Part shown: piece by piece, positions 28,936 to 41,335 of the stretch
Layout of the letters: each line of letters opens with the position of its first letter
How positions within the stretch are numbered: the first letter of the stretch is position 1
From: a virus
Virus record (IMG/VR): IMGVR_UViG_3300021400_000072
Direction: 5' to 3' (one strand)
DNA length: 64,000 nt
Translations under genes and position numbers: made by a program
Notes under the pieces: generated by a model
What the model was told of the DNA's origin: nothing
What the model saw: the letters and a program-made list of their open reading frames with translations, nothing else
Databases searched by the model: none

Positions 28936-29414
28936 TTTTTTTATCCCCTTTCTTTTGATGATTTAATTATATCAAAATTTTTCTTTTTTGTCAACCGTCA
29001 GAAATCAATTTTTTTATATTTCTGACGGTTATAATCCTTTTTAGATTTATGTGTGCGGATTCCTGTATTAAAGGGGACAAGTACACGTTTCTGAGCGTTT
29101 TTTGCTTTCCGCACTTTTTTATTTTCGTTTGTCATTTTATCACCCCTTTTTTTCTTTTTTAACTATAAATTCTACAAAATAATCCTTCTTGATTAAACTC
29201 AAAACTAATGTTTTCTCCAGACATAGGATTTTCATATTCTAAATTATATTCATCCTCGTAAACAAGTTGCTGTCCTGTAATTTCCATCATATTTTTAATT
29301 TGTTCTTTTGTCATATTTTTTATTTTCCTTCCATTCGATTGATTATTTGTTTTCCTTTAACTGTATTTATTATATCAAAGAGGTTGAATTTTGTCAACCC
29401 CTTTTTTATTTTTT

Positions 29415-29645
29415 TTACTGAAGCATCCAGTTTTTACCCCAGTTGACTTTTGTTGCATCCTGTTTGCAACCTGCCATTTCCCAAACCTCAGGAGTACGGA
29501 TTGTATGAACTGTAGTTTCAAGAGTCCAGTTCCAACCTCTTTTCAGGCCTTTATTCAGTTTCTCTAAAGCCTGAGCCTCGTTATTATAATAATCAACAAC
29601 AGTGCCTTTTGCATTGAGGATAGTGTAAGTAGTGTAAGTTTTCAT
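29415..29645 (-). CDS. small hypothetical protein (76 aa)
   Basis: ORF. Confidence 0.45.
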   Translation of the reverse strand: MKTYTTYTILNAKGTVVDYYNNEAQALEKLNKGLKRGWNWTLETTVHTIRTPEVWEMAGCKQDATKVNWGKNWMLQ

Positions 29646-29737
29646 TTTGAACCTCTTTTCTCGATCGGTGCTTTCCTTTAACTGTATTTATTATATCAAA
29701 GGGCTCGACTTTTGTCAAGCCCTTTTTTTGAAATTTT

Positions 29738-30037
29738 TTAAATTTTATTATATCCTGCTCTCATGTGCTCAATAGCAAGATTGATAATGTTCTGCGGGGC
29801 TTCGCCCTCTGCGTAGTACCGTCTAATCTGATTCGGTCTTGCAATAAGGATTGTAATCATGATGCCTGTCCGCTTGTTATAGATTACTACCAATCCGGTT
29901 GTGGTAATCTTATGGATTTCAGGCCCGTTCTTATGACCACGGTCTACAGTGACTTCCTTTATAACCTGCCCCATTCCGATCTGGGCGATAATCTGGCTAC
30001 GTCTCTGGCGGTCGGCTCTCCAATGCTTGCTGTTCAT
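29738..30037 (-). CDS. hypothetical protein (99 aa)
   Basis: ORF. Confidence 0.45.
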   Translation of the reverse strand: MNSKHWRADRQRRSQIIAQIGMGQVIKEVTVDRGHKNGPEIHKITTTGLVVIYNKRTGIMITILIARPNQIRRYYAEGEAPQNIINLAIEHMRAGYNKI

Positions 30038-30439
30038 GTCGTATCTCCTTTCCTTTATCTTATGTATACATTATACACCATGAGAGCGGCCATGTCAAGT
30101 AAAATATTGCACAAAATTATAGGAATTTTGTGCCCAATCTTTGTGCACATTTCCGATATTGATTTTTCTCGGTGGCTATGGTATAATGATTCTCGGCACG
30201 CGGCTGGCAAGGAACGGCCAGCCGCGTGCCGCGCAAAAAGGACGAGGATTAATCCTCGTCCTCGCCATTGAACTCCTCAGGAGTGACACCGCATTCCGCA
30301 AGCAGTTCGTTAAGAGTTGCACCACAGTTCATCATTTCGTTAATAGCCATTTTGTACCACCTTTCTTTTGTATGTTTGTTTTCCTTTGATGATTATATTA
30401 TATCTTAAAGGGGCTGTTTTGTCAACCCCTTTTTTAAGA

Positions 30440-30637
30440 TTAGGAAAGAAATTTTTCCCAAATCTCCCAGTTGTCAGACTGAAAATCCATATAATCTTCG
30501 AAATCCATATCTCCTTCACGATAGGCTTTCCAAACTCTAACAAGAGTTTTATCAGACTCAATTGCCTGATTGTAAAGGCGTGCGGTTTTCTCGGTGAGGG
30601 TGACAGTTACGAAAGAGTTAATAGCGATAGTAGTCAT
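30440..30637 (-). CDS. small hypothetical protein (65 aa)
   Basis: ORF. Confidence 0.4.
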   Translation of the reverse strand: MTTIAINSFVTVTLTEKTARLYNQAIESDKTLVRVWKAYREGDMDFEDYMDFQSDNWEIWEKFLS

Positions 30638-30732
30638 TTTTAATCTCCTTTTTGATCGGTGCTTTTGTTTTCCTTTGATGATTATATTATATCAGGGGGT
30701 TGAGGTTTTGTCAACCCCCTTTTTTTATTTTT

Positions 30733-30954
30733 TTAAAAGATTTTAATCTTTTCATCGGTGAAAAATCTTTCGTTCAGGAAGCATCCGCCTTTTGCATAGA
30801 ATTCATAGCGTGTCTCCCCATTTTTAATAACTGCTCTATAGATTCCGCAGTGTGCTTCTGTCGCAAGTGCTTTTGCTTCTTTCCATTCCTGACCAAAAGC
30901 CTCAGTTGTGTAAAGTTCAGTTCCGTTTACCATGTAGATGAATTCTGTAGTCAT
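30733..30954 (-). CDS. small hypothetical protein (73 aa)
   Basis: ORF. Confidence 0.4.
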   Translation of the reverse strand: MTTEFIYMVNGTELYTTEAFGQEWKEAKALATEAHCGIYRAVIKNGETRYEFYAKGGCFLNERFFTDEKIKIF

Positions 30955-31198
30955 TTTATTTATCTCCTTTTGTGTTGTTTGTTTTCCTTTGATGATATTA
31001 TTATAACATACTATAGATTAAAGTCAATAGATTTTTAAAAAAAATATATACAAAAACGGGATCAGTATAGCTTTAATATTTGTGCATTTTTACATCTTGA
31101 CAACTGGCTGACGCATGTGATATAATTTTTCGGCCCGCAGGGGCCGCCTGCGGAAACTTAAATAAAAAGCCTTGCTGTTTTTAGCAAGGCTTTTTTTA

Positions 31199-31585
31199 TT
31201 AATTTTCTTCAATGAATTTTTTCTTCCATGCAATGGCTTTCTGGAGTTTTTCAATTTCCTTTTCAAATTCAGCGATTTCTTTTGCATATCTTTTCTTTTT
31301 TGCCTGAAGTTTTTTATATGCTCTGTATTCCTCTACAGTCATACCGTTTTCATCGGCTCTTCTTTTTTCATTTTCAATTCTTCTCTGTTTAGTTCTTTCT
31401 TCCTTTTCCTTTTCCGCTTTCTTTTCAGCAAGGGTTTCATCACAAAATGCTTTAAACTCTGCATCGGTCTGAGGAGCACCGCCAGCACCTACAAAAGCCC
31501 TAATCTGAATGGAAAAAGCAATGATTTTCTGTTCTTCTTCAGTGTAGTTAGCAAGGATTTCGTTTACATGGATTTCGTTTGTCAT
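31199..31585 (-). CDS. coiled-coil K/E-rich protein (128 aa)
   Basis: ORF; bidirectional terminator at 31165-31200. Confidence 0.5.
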   Translation of the reverse strand: MTNEIHVNEILANYTEEEQKIIAFSIQIRAFVGAGGAPQTDAEFKAFCDETLAEKKAEKEKEERTKQRRIENEKRRADENGMTVEEYRAYKKLQAKKKRYAKEIAEFEKEIEKLQKAIAWKKKFIEEN

Positions 31586-31769
31586 TTTAGACCCCTTTCT
31601 TGATCGGTTGTTTGTTTTCCTTTGATGATTATATTATAGCATACTCTGAAATAAAGTCAATAGTTTTTTCAAAAAAAATAAAAAATTTTTTTTGAAAAAA
31701 ATTTCATTTTTCCTCTTGACAACTGGCTATCACGTGTGGTATAATATTTCGGCTTGCAGCGACTGTAAA

Positions 31770-32900
<1,131 letters not shown>

Positions 32901-33254
32901 TTCAGATTTGTGGATTCAGAAATCTGGATACGTGCTGTTGCACTAAAACTCGGCGCGCATTGGCCTGCGCGCGCCGAGCAAAAATACGTAAATACAAAAA
33001 GACCGCCCTAAATAAAATCATACGATTTTTAGGGCGGTCTATTCTACGCAGCGTTTATATTTAGTTTTTTGTCTCTACACAGCATTCCCAAAACTTTTCT
33101 CTCGGTATTAACGGGGGGTGGGTTTTTGGGAAAAAATTTTTTTGATTTTTAAAATTGATTATGGTCTCGACAATCCCTGCACCAAAAATTTTTAAAATTC
33201 TAAATAACGGGAAAATATAAAAACCATTATCGACAATCCCTGCACCAAAAATTT

Positions 33255-33746
33255 TTAAAAATTCAAATAATAATCAAAAGCATCTGCTTTTTCCATAAAA
33301 AAATGAATCCCAGGAGCGCATATTAACAGTCTATCATCACAAAAATCTTTTACAGAAACTTCTTCTCCAACCTTATAAACAAAAGTAGGATTATATATAG
33401 AATGAGCCTCTTTCAATTCTCCAGCAAAATTTCTTATTTCTAATACCTTGGCTTTATCACATCTACATTTTTGACTGTATAATCCGCTAGTTCTTTTAGC
33501 ATCTTCAGGAATTTCTAGTTTTATCAAAACACAATGATTTGATTCATCAACAGCACATTTCCAACCAATAAAACTTCCAGTTGCGGGGCAGGCTAAAGGC
33601 GGATATGGATTTTCTGCTTCTTTCTTTTCTTCTTTCGAACCAAAGAAATAACAACATAAATGATAAAGCACCGCTATCATATATAAAGCAAAAAAACTTA
33701 AAATAATAATTCCTATAATTAAACCAATAGTCTTAATTATTGTCAT
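33255..33746 (-). CDS. membrane protein (163 aa, N-terminal TM helix)
   Basis: Hydrophobic N-terminus IIKTIGLIIGIIILSFFALYMIAVLY. Confidence 0.5.
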   Translation of the reverse strand: MTIIKTIGLIIGIIILSFFALYMIAVLYHLCCYFFGSKEEKKEAENPYPPLACPATGSFIGWKCAVDESNHCVLIKLEIPEDAKRTSGLYSQKCRCDKAKVLEIRNFAGELKEAHSIYNPTFVYKVGEEVSVKDFCDDRLLICAPGIHFFMEKADAFDYYLNF

Positions 33747-34039
33747 ATATTAACCTTCCTATCGTAAAACCTATCGCAAAACCGCTTAAAAATATTGAAC
33801 TTATTATAAAATAATCCATTTTTTACACCATAGAAATAGCATACAAAGCAATTGCCGCAACAAAAGCAACCAAAACAATCTTTAATGCACAAAGACCGAT
33901 TCCAATCATACTCTCACCTTCTGCTTACAATGCTTGCAGGAGGTATCCCCCTCCCGCAAGATTGCTTCACAACTAGGACAACAATACACCGGCCGCCATA
34001 CCTTAGCCTTCTTAGGAAGCCGCTTTAAAATCTTCTTAA

Positions 34040-34975
34040 TCATTGTCCATTCCTCATATCAACAATAGGAGTTGCATCACTCTGAATCTGTGGAACAGTA
34101 CCATTCCACTTCTCAATTTTCTGTTTTTCAATAAGTTCAGGAGTAAGTGACCCCGCAACCTTTTTATTAGCTTCCGCTTCAGCCTCTGCGGCGATTCTCT
34201 TAGCTTCTGCATCACCTTCCGCCTTAATCTTTGCCTTTTCTGCATTAATCTTAGCGGTCTCCTTCTCTTTTTCAGCCTGAATAAGAGCAACTTCTTTTTC
34301 TTTATTAGCCTCAACTTTAGCCTGTTCCGCAGTCACCTTGGCAGTCTCAAGTTCCTCTTGCGCCTTAATTTTTTTCTTAATAGCTTTATCGGTATCTTCA
34401 TCAGGGCGGACGTCAGTCAAAGAAACGCTATCAATAATAATACCATATTTATCAAATCTCTCTTTCATTTCCTCAGAGATTGCGGTATTTACAGTTCCTC
34501 TTTCCTTACTGACAATTTCAATCATACCATAACGAGGAGTAATTTCCTTTATCCAACCTTGCATATTTGGTTTAATGAAACTGTCAAGAATTTCTTTACC
34601 GTCCTGCCCTCTAAATCTATTAAATGTTTCAGGCAAACGATTAATATCAAAAGTATAACCAAAAGCGACGTCTACTTCAAGAGATGCGCCTTCTTTAGTA
34701 GGAATCTCAAAACTCTCATCTTCCTCAGAGTCTCCGCGCGAATCCTTTGACATGTATGATTGTTCTCTTGCAATAGTATACTTAGTTACAGTTTTAGTGG
34801 GTGATAGGAAAGTCCAACCTTGAGTTAACACCTTTTCTTCAAGACCACCATTCATATTATAAACAATACCTGCATAACCTGCGGGAATCTTGGTCGTAAA
34901 CAACATTAGACCTAGAATCCCCAATACCAAAACAACACCAATAGCAATTCCGCCTACTTTTCCATTTTTTCTCAT
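34040..34975 (-). CDS. SPFH/band-7 (prohibitin/HflK-like) domain protein with C-terminal coiled coil
   Basis: N-terminal TM, SPFH core, long EAK-rich coiled-coil C-terminus. Confidence 0.6.
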   Translation of the reverse strand: MRKNGKVGGIAIGVVLVLGILGLMLFTTKIPAGYAGIVYNMNGGLEEKVLTQGWTFLSPTKTVTKYTIAREQSYMSKDSRGDSEEDESFEIPTKEGASLEVDVAFGYTFDINRLPETFNRFRGQDGKEILDSFIKPNMQGWIKEITPRYGMIEIVSKERGTVNTAISEEMKERFDKYGIIIDSVSLTDVRPDEDTDKAIKKKIKAQEELETAKVTAEQAKVEANKEKEVALIQAEKEKETAKINAEKAKIKAEGDAEAKRIAAEAEAEANKKVAGSLTPELIEKQKIEKWNGTVPQIQSDATPIVDMRNGQ

Positions 34976-35161
34976 AAAATTTTTTTACTCCTCTTCTTCT
35001 TCTTTATTTAAATTTCTTTTTATATCTTCCTTCATATCATTTATAACGCTGCCAATAAAAGGGAAGAAAATATTAAGCGCGCACCATAATAAAAATGCAC
35101 AAATAATAATTACTACTATAAACATTGGATTTAATACTACCATTTTATTTTATTCTTTCCT

Positions 35162-35380
35162 CTAAAACCAGTTCCCTTGTGAATCCTGCATTATATCTTT
35201 CCCGCAGTATTTACATGTTGACGTAAAACTGCATCCGTCCCATCCTTGCGAATCTGTTGGCATATGCCACTCCATAACATCGTGATAGAATTGCTTGCCA
35301 AATCCAGTTAACAGATATAAAACAGCACCACATAAGAAAATCACTATACTTATTACAAAAATTTCTAATACTACTACCAT
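35162..35380 (-). CDS. small membrane protein (72 aa)
   Basis: TM helix and CxxC. Confidence 0.4.
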   Translation of the reverse strand: MVVVLEIFVISIVIFLCGAVLYLLTGFGKQFYHDVMEWHMPTDSQGWDGCSFTSTCKYCGKDIMQDSQGNWF

Positions 35381-35541
35381 GCTTTCTTACTCCTCTTCAA
35401 AATCCGAAAAGTCACCGTTTGACACATGAACGAGTTGATAATATTTATCAAGGTTCATATAGTCCTTTTCCTCAAGAATTGCCTCTGCAAGTAATTGTAG
35501 GACTGCCTCGGTCTTTTTGTCCATCCTGCTCACTCCTTCCC

Positions 35542-35751
35542 TTATAGTACAACTGTGTGGTCGCCCGCCATTATACTTTCAAAAGATTCTTTAACCCAAA
35601 TTCTTTCTTGTTCTTTCCCGCAAAAATAATCAATAACAGTTGTATTTTCATCTTGAACTTCAAAAAGTCGAATTATACATTCAATTGGAATAGCTCTTTT
35701 TTCCGAATTAATAACGGTTACCACTAAAAATTTGCGCCCTTGTACATACAT
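35542..35751 (-). CDS. small hypothetical protein (69 aa)
   Basis: ORF. Confidence 0.4.
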   Translation of the reverse strand: MYVQGRKFLVVTVINSEKRAIPIECIIRLFEVQDENTTVIDYFCGKEQERIWVKESFESIMAGDHTVVL

Positions 35752-35779
35752 TTAATTAAACTCTCCTTTGTAAACTTAT

Positions 35780-36073
35780 TTATTCTTTTCTTCTGCCATA
35801 ACTACAAAAGTCATTATCTTGTGGCATAAACCATGCAGAAGCGAGCCCGCTAATGTTCTGTACAAACTTTGTGCAATAACCATCTTTACGTCTTTTGCGG
35901 CAGTTCTTACAAAATACCACAGGAGCAACATCAGCGGGCGATATTTGCTCAACCACCATCGCCATTGCTCTTGCCCCCTGCGCATATAGAATATCGTAAT
36001 TTTGTTCAAAACCATCGGCCTTTATCCATATTTTATCAACTGCATCCTGCTTGCGGATATATTCATCAGTCAT
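35780..36073 (-). CDS. hypothetical protein (~98 aa)
   Basis: Start MTDEYIRKQ with RBS GGAGGAAGACA; overlaps the next gene by 8 nt. Confidence 0.4.
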   Translation of the reverse strand: MTDEYIRKQDAVDKIWIKADGFEQNYDILYAQGARAMAMVVEQISPADVAPVVFCKNCRKRRKDGYCTKFVQNISGLASAWFMPQDNDFCSYGRRKE

Positions 36074-36302
36074 TGTCTTCCTCCGATTCATTCTCCGTAT
36101 GGTGTACTTTCCTGCGATCATCAATAGTCTCCATGATAGCGTTGTAGCAATCTGGACACATGTCAGTAAATTCAAGAAGCGGCTCTTCTTTTATTTCCAC
36201 TCTTGTATCATAGCGGTTATAACGATTTATAAATATACCAATGTATTTACTGTTGTAATCAAAATATGCTCCGCAAATATCACATTTCAATGCTCGACTC
36301 AT
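36066..36302 (-). CDS. small zinc-ribbon protein (78 aa)
   Basis: CDICGAYF...CPDCYNAIME. Confidence 0.5.
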   Translation of the reverse strand: MSRALKCDICGAYFDYNSKYIGIFINRYNRYDTRVEIKEEPLLEFTDMCPDCYNAIMETIDDRRKVHHTENESEEDND

Positions 36303-36362
36303 ACTTCTTCCTCAGCTCTTTTGTTCAACCATTTAATCAACCTATCTTTATATAATTTTCTC

Positions 36363-36560
36363 TTACCAAGAGATTAGTGTCATACAACCGTCATCAGATA
36401 AAATAGTTGGCTGTACTTTTACTGAATAACCTTGTCTTTGCAGATTTTTCTTTGTTTCTTTAGACACACGCTCATAAATAGTAACATTTGTCTTACCTGC
36501 GTTAACAGCTTTTTTAACTTCATTCTGCATCATTTTAAACTCATTTTCTGTGTTCTTCAT
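36363..36560 (-). CDS. small hypothetical protein (65 aa)
   Basis: ORF. Confidence 0.4.
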   Translation of the reverse strand: MKNTENEFKMMQNEVKKAVNAGKTNVTIYERVSKETKKNLQRQGYSVKVQPTILSDDGCMTLISW

Positions 36561-36614
36561 TTTTATTTGTTATAATCTCCTTTATTAAAATTTTTATTTA
36601 ATTAATTAAGAATA

Positions 36615-36893
36615 CTATTGATTATCATTTTTATTTTCCTCAAAATATTTATTCCACCATTTAATAGCCTTTTTCAAACTGTTAAAGCGATGCTCCTCTA
36701 TATCTTTATATTCATCTTCAAGACATTCACCGATATTAATTTGATACCATGCATTATCACGGGCGGGTTCCGCGCAGAAATTCAAATTAATTTCCATATC
36801 TTTTCCTTCTCTTGTAAATTCTTCAAAAGAAAGAAGAATTTCTCTAACTCCAAATTCACTAAAATCTTCTATTTTTAACATTACATTAAACAC
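36615..36893 (-). CDS. small hypothetical protein (92 aa)
   Basis: ORF. Confidence 0.45.
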   Translation of the reverse strand: MFNVMLKIEDFSEFGVREILLSFEEFTREGKDMEINLNFCAEPARDNAWYQINIGECLEDEYKDIEEHRFNSLKKAIKWWNKYFEENKNDNQ

Positions 36894-36931
36894 TCCTTAG
36901 ATTCCTAAAGTTCATCATGGTACGTTTGGGT

Positions 36932-37555
36932 CTAGCCTTTTTTGTCTAAAAACATAGCTTTAACTGCTTTTGAGTCTGAATTATCAAGGCGGATTACTTG
37001 ATTAGCAGTAATATCGCCAGTTACATCACCAAAAATTACAACAACAGATTTTTCTCCATTTGCGGAAATGTCTCCCGTATGATTACCGTAAATAACAATA
37101 TTATCTGCTGTTACATCACCTGTTCTATCATTATTTACTTTAATTGTAGCAGGTTTCTTATCGGAATCATCGTTATAACTTCCGCATTTTCTCCACCATA
37201 TAGATTCAGAAGGAGGAGTAGATCCATTTAAGTTATCTGCGTCACATATGTAGACATAACCTTTATATCTAACTTTATCATATTTAGTATAAAGTTTATC
37301 TTTTTCCCAGTCTTTTATAAAAATATCATCTTTTTCATAATGTTCCACTCTTTTCCATTTAAGAGTAGCCCCTATGGGATAATAATTTGCATTAAAGTCA
37401 ATTAAAGATTTAAAAATCATTCCATCATATTCAACATAATCATCTTTGTTATAAATCTGATAATAATTATAAGGATAAACAACATGACCCTTATATGTTA
37501 ATACATTAGCCCCTTTAATCATTTCCATTTTTTCTTCCTTCCTTTTGCTTTTCAT
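36932..37555 (-). CDS. hypothetical protein with C-terminal beta-helical (bactofilin-like) repeats
   Basis: Repeats GDVTADNIVIYGNHTGDISANGEKSVVVIFGDVTGDITANQVIRL. Confidence 0.4.
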   Translation of the reverse strand: MKSKRKEEKMEMIKGANVLTYKGHVVYPYNYYQIYNKDDYVEYDGMIFKSLIDFNANYYPIGATLKWKRVEHYEKDDIFIKDWEKDKLYTKYDKVRYKGYVYICDADNLNGSTPPSESIWWRKCGSYNDDSDKKPATIKVNNDRTGDVTADNIVIYGNHTGDISANGEKSVVVIFGDVTGDITANQVIRLDNSDSKAVKAMFLDKKG

Positions 37556-37681
37556 TTTCTAAATATATTATATCAAAAAAATTTTAGAAAAACAAGTTAA
37601 TTTGTTATTTAAGCTACTTTGACTTATACAAAAAATTTTGATATACTAAAAATATAAGGTCAAGAAAGGAGAATCTTATAA

Positions 37682-38794
37682 ATGGAAGATTCAAAAAATT
37701 TAAAGTTAGATTATACTATTTAGTCTCCATAGGCGCGAACTGCCTTAGTTCAACAAATAATAGATTCTCTACCTCCTGAAAAAATAACAAAAAAATATTT
37801 AGAAGTAATGGCTGATTATATTATATTTGCTATGACAAAGCAAGAGAAAAAAGATAAATTAATAAATACAAGCAATAGAATGATTACGGTAAATAAAAGA
37901 GAAAAATCTTTTTAGGGGTTAGTGAGTAAATTTTAGAACGGAGAGGACGGAATATATAATTTAATAACAAATGATAAAAATATTATTTTTACGCCTAAAA
38001 TATCTATTACGGCAGAAGATATTGAAACTATTCCTGGTCTTAAACAGTTACAGTAGGCTATTGCGGAAACCGAAGCCCGCGAGAAAAAGGCTAAAGGAAA
38101 AAATCGTTTTATATTAAAGCAACAATTAATTCAATTACGTCAAGATCAATATGTTTTAAAAAACTCTTATAAACAACCTATTAATTGTTTAAATGGTATT
38201 AAAAATTTTTATTCTCTTAATTTTGATGATAATATAACAATAAAGAATGGAAAAATAGAAGATAAAAGTTTAATATCATTTATGAATCCTAAACATGTTT
38301 CTGCTCTTTTGTGTAATTATTCTCGATTAAAAGAAAGCTGTTATGGTAAATTTTATACAGATGGTTATTTTCTTATGGAAGCATTAGATAAAATAGTAGA
38401 CCAAACCTTTGAAAAAGATTTTCCTCTTTATTACAGTCTTTTGATTTATAAAATAGATGGAAAGACAAATCTTTAGATTCAATCTCTTTTATAGCAATAG
38501 CATGATGCTCATTATTCTATATAGTATATATCTTCTCTTTGGCGAAATAAAATTCCTAAAATGATTGCGGAAACTGCTACGAAAAATTATCTCTTATGGT
38601 ATTATACTAATAAAGAAAAAGGCGAATGGAAACGCTGTTCAAGATGTGGATAGATTAAACTAGCTCATAATATTTTTTATTCTAAAAATACCTCCAGTAA
38701 AGATGGTTTTTATTCTATATGTAAAGACTGTCGTAATAAAAAGAAAAATAAGGTAGTAAAGATAGTAAAAAGAATACCGTATAAAGGAGATTAA
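37682..38794 (+). CDS. hypothetical late protein (~370 aa), TAG-recoded
   Basis: Frame continuous from ATG 37682 to TAA 38792 through more than 10 in-frame TAGs. Confidence 0.5.
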
Positions 38795-38795
38795 T

Positions 38796-39200
38796 ATGAT
38801 TAAAATGACATGTCCAAAATGCGGACGCACAATGGAAGAAATTAAATTTTTCTTTTACAGAGATGATAGGAAAAAGAAATATCCTATTTGTAAAGATTGT
38901 ATTAAAATGTATATAGATGACTATAATCCAGATACTTTTGTAAAATATATAAAAGAATTTAATGACCCTTGGTCACCTACTTTATGGAACAAGATGTTAG
39001 AAAAAGAAGAGATTCGAAGAAAAGAACAAAAAGGTCTTTATAAATATCTAACAAATACTCCGTCTATTATAGGAAAATATTTAGCTTATGTAAGACTAAA
39101 AGGCTTTCAAGCTTTTACATGGGAAAGAAGTGACTAGTTTGAAAAAGGACAGTCACGTTTACATCATTTAAGCAATCTTTCTTCTAAAGAGGAGGGGTAA
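38796..39200 (+). CDS. zinc-ribbon protein, paralog of 39204; one in-frame TAG
   Basis: MIKMTCPKCGRTMEE...; frame continues past the TAG at 39135 to TAA 39198. Confidence 0.5.
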
Positions 39201-39203
39201 AAT

Positions 39204-40406
39204 ATGGCAAAAATAACATGTTAGAAATGCGGTCGTACCATGTAGGAAGTTAAATTCTTTTCTTATCGAACGGGTGAAAAATTTTAGATATGTAAAGAAT
39301 GTATAACTTTACACGTTGATAATTTTGATGAAAGTACTTTTTTATGGATAATATAGAAGGCAGATGCTCCTTGGGTTCCTATTTTTTGGAATAGAATTAG
39401 AGATAAAGAGTATGCGAAGCACGGTGGAAAATTAAAAGGGACATCTGTTATTGGTAAATATTTATCCTATGTAAAATTAAAACAATATAAGAAATATACT
39501 TGGGCAACAAGTTAGGAATTACAAAAGTAGGTTTCTCAAAAAGAAGGTGTAGATAAAGAGGCATAGGAAGTCCGCCAAGAAAAATTAAAAGAACAACTTG
39601 AAAAAGGTGAAATTAGTTAGGCACAGTATAGAACTTTATCAAGTTCAGAATTTCAAAAGTAGAATGAATATATAATGATGCCTAAAATACCTTAGCAAGA
39701 TGCTATCGGTAAAGATAATGCTTTTAATGAAAATGATTTTTTCCCATAGGAAGAGTTGCCTGATTTGGCGGCCGACCTTACGTTAGAAGATAAGAAATAT
39801 CTTGTTATGAAATGGGGCCGCACTTATAAAATGAATCAATTAATTGAACTTTAGAAAAAATATGTTTAGATGACGAATTCGTTTGATATACAAGATGCAG
39901 ATAGTAAAAATTCTTTGATTCTTATTTGTAAGACTTATTTAAAAATGAATTAGGCTTTAGACTGCGGAGATGTAGAAGGATATGGTAAATATAGTAGAAC
40001 CTATGATATGTTAAGGAAGTCCGCAAAGTTTACCGCAGCACAAAATAAAGAAGAAAAGGGTGATGCCGTTGATTCAGTTGGTGAATTAGTTGCCTTTTGT
40101 TAGAAAAATGGTGGGCGAATACCTAGATTTTAGATTAAACAACCTGATGCTATTGATAAAATTATTGATGATTTAAAAGCATATAATAGAAGTCTTATTT
40201 ATGAAGATGCTGCTCTCGCAAGACAAGTTTAGGATTATTTGAAACAAGCAAGAGCGCAACAAATGAAGAAAGAAGATACTAAAATAGCTAAAGAACAAGG
40301 CTTTGATGTACCTCAATTAACAGAAGAAGATACATTAGCTTATAAAGAATTTTTAAGACAATAGGCTGATGAAACTGAAAAAATAACAGGGGGGCATCAA
40401 GAATGA
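39204..40406 (+). CDS. zinc-ribbon N-terminal domain protein (~400 aa), TAG-recoded; paralogous N-terminus to 38796
   Basis: MAKITC-x-KCGRTM... aligns with the 38796 product; about 20 in-frame TAGs; TGA stop overlapping the next ATG (ATGA). Confidence 0.5.
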
Positions 40407-41335
40407 GTTTACAAACATTATTAGATAATTCTCTTGCTTATGAAGGTAAAAAACAAGGTATATCTGAATAGAGATTACTTTAGCATATAGATGATATAAG
40501 AGATAAAATTGCTTTTTTTAGATAGTATCCTGATTTATTTATTGATTTTATACAAGGTCCAGAGGGTACTTTTAAATTTCTTTATTACCAGCGGATCTTT
40601 TTGCGAATTGTTATGCGGCATCGGTATGTTTATGCAACGTTCCCGCGTGCGTATTCAAAATCCTTTTTATCAATGATGGCGTTGATGATTAGATGCGTTC
40701 TTTATCCTGGTGCCGATTTATTTGTAACTACGGGTGGTAAGGAACAGGCTGCTTCAATTACTGTAGCGAAAATTGAGGAAATTTGCCGTTTAATTCCCGC
40801 GCTTGCAAATTAGATAAACTGGGATAGAGGTAAAACTAAAAAGTCAAGAGATGATGTAAACTATGTATTTAAAAACGGTTCAAGAATAAGTATTCTTGCC
40901 GCAAAAGAATCTTCAAGAGGACAAAGAAGAACAGGCGGAATTATGGAAGAATGTGTTCTTATTGACCAAACAATGTTAAATGAAGTTATTATTCCTACTA
41001 CTAACGTTAATAGACAACTTGCGGACGGCACTCGTGATAGCAAAGAAGTGGTTAATAAGTCACAAATATATATTACTACCGCAGGATGGAAGAATTCGTT
41101 CGCTTATGATAAACTTATTTAGCTATTGATACGTAGTTTAATTTAGCCAGATGAAGTTATGATAATGGGCGGAACTTATGAAACGCCTATATTAGAGGGG
41201 TTGTTAGATGAAGATTTTGTATAGCAATTAAAATTATCTGGTACTTTTAATGAGGATTCTTTTGATAGATAGTATAAAAGATTTTGTACTATTAAAATTA
41301 TTGAGAATTGCTGGAACACCCTTAGAGCCATATAA
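40403..41335 (+). CDS. terL: terminase large subunit, N-terminal ATPase part (upstream exon or split gene)
   Basis: ...RYVYATFPRAYSKSF... P-loop-like, ...LFVTTGGKEQ..., ...IYITTAGW...; TAG-recoded; ends at TAA 41333 just before intron-like RNA. Confidence 0.55.

Noticed and set aside
34054-34314. 86-aa K/R-rich ORF
   Set aside because: Alternative frame inside the SPFH gene's coiled-coil region.
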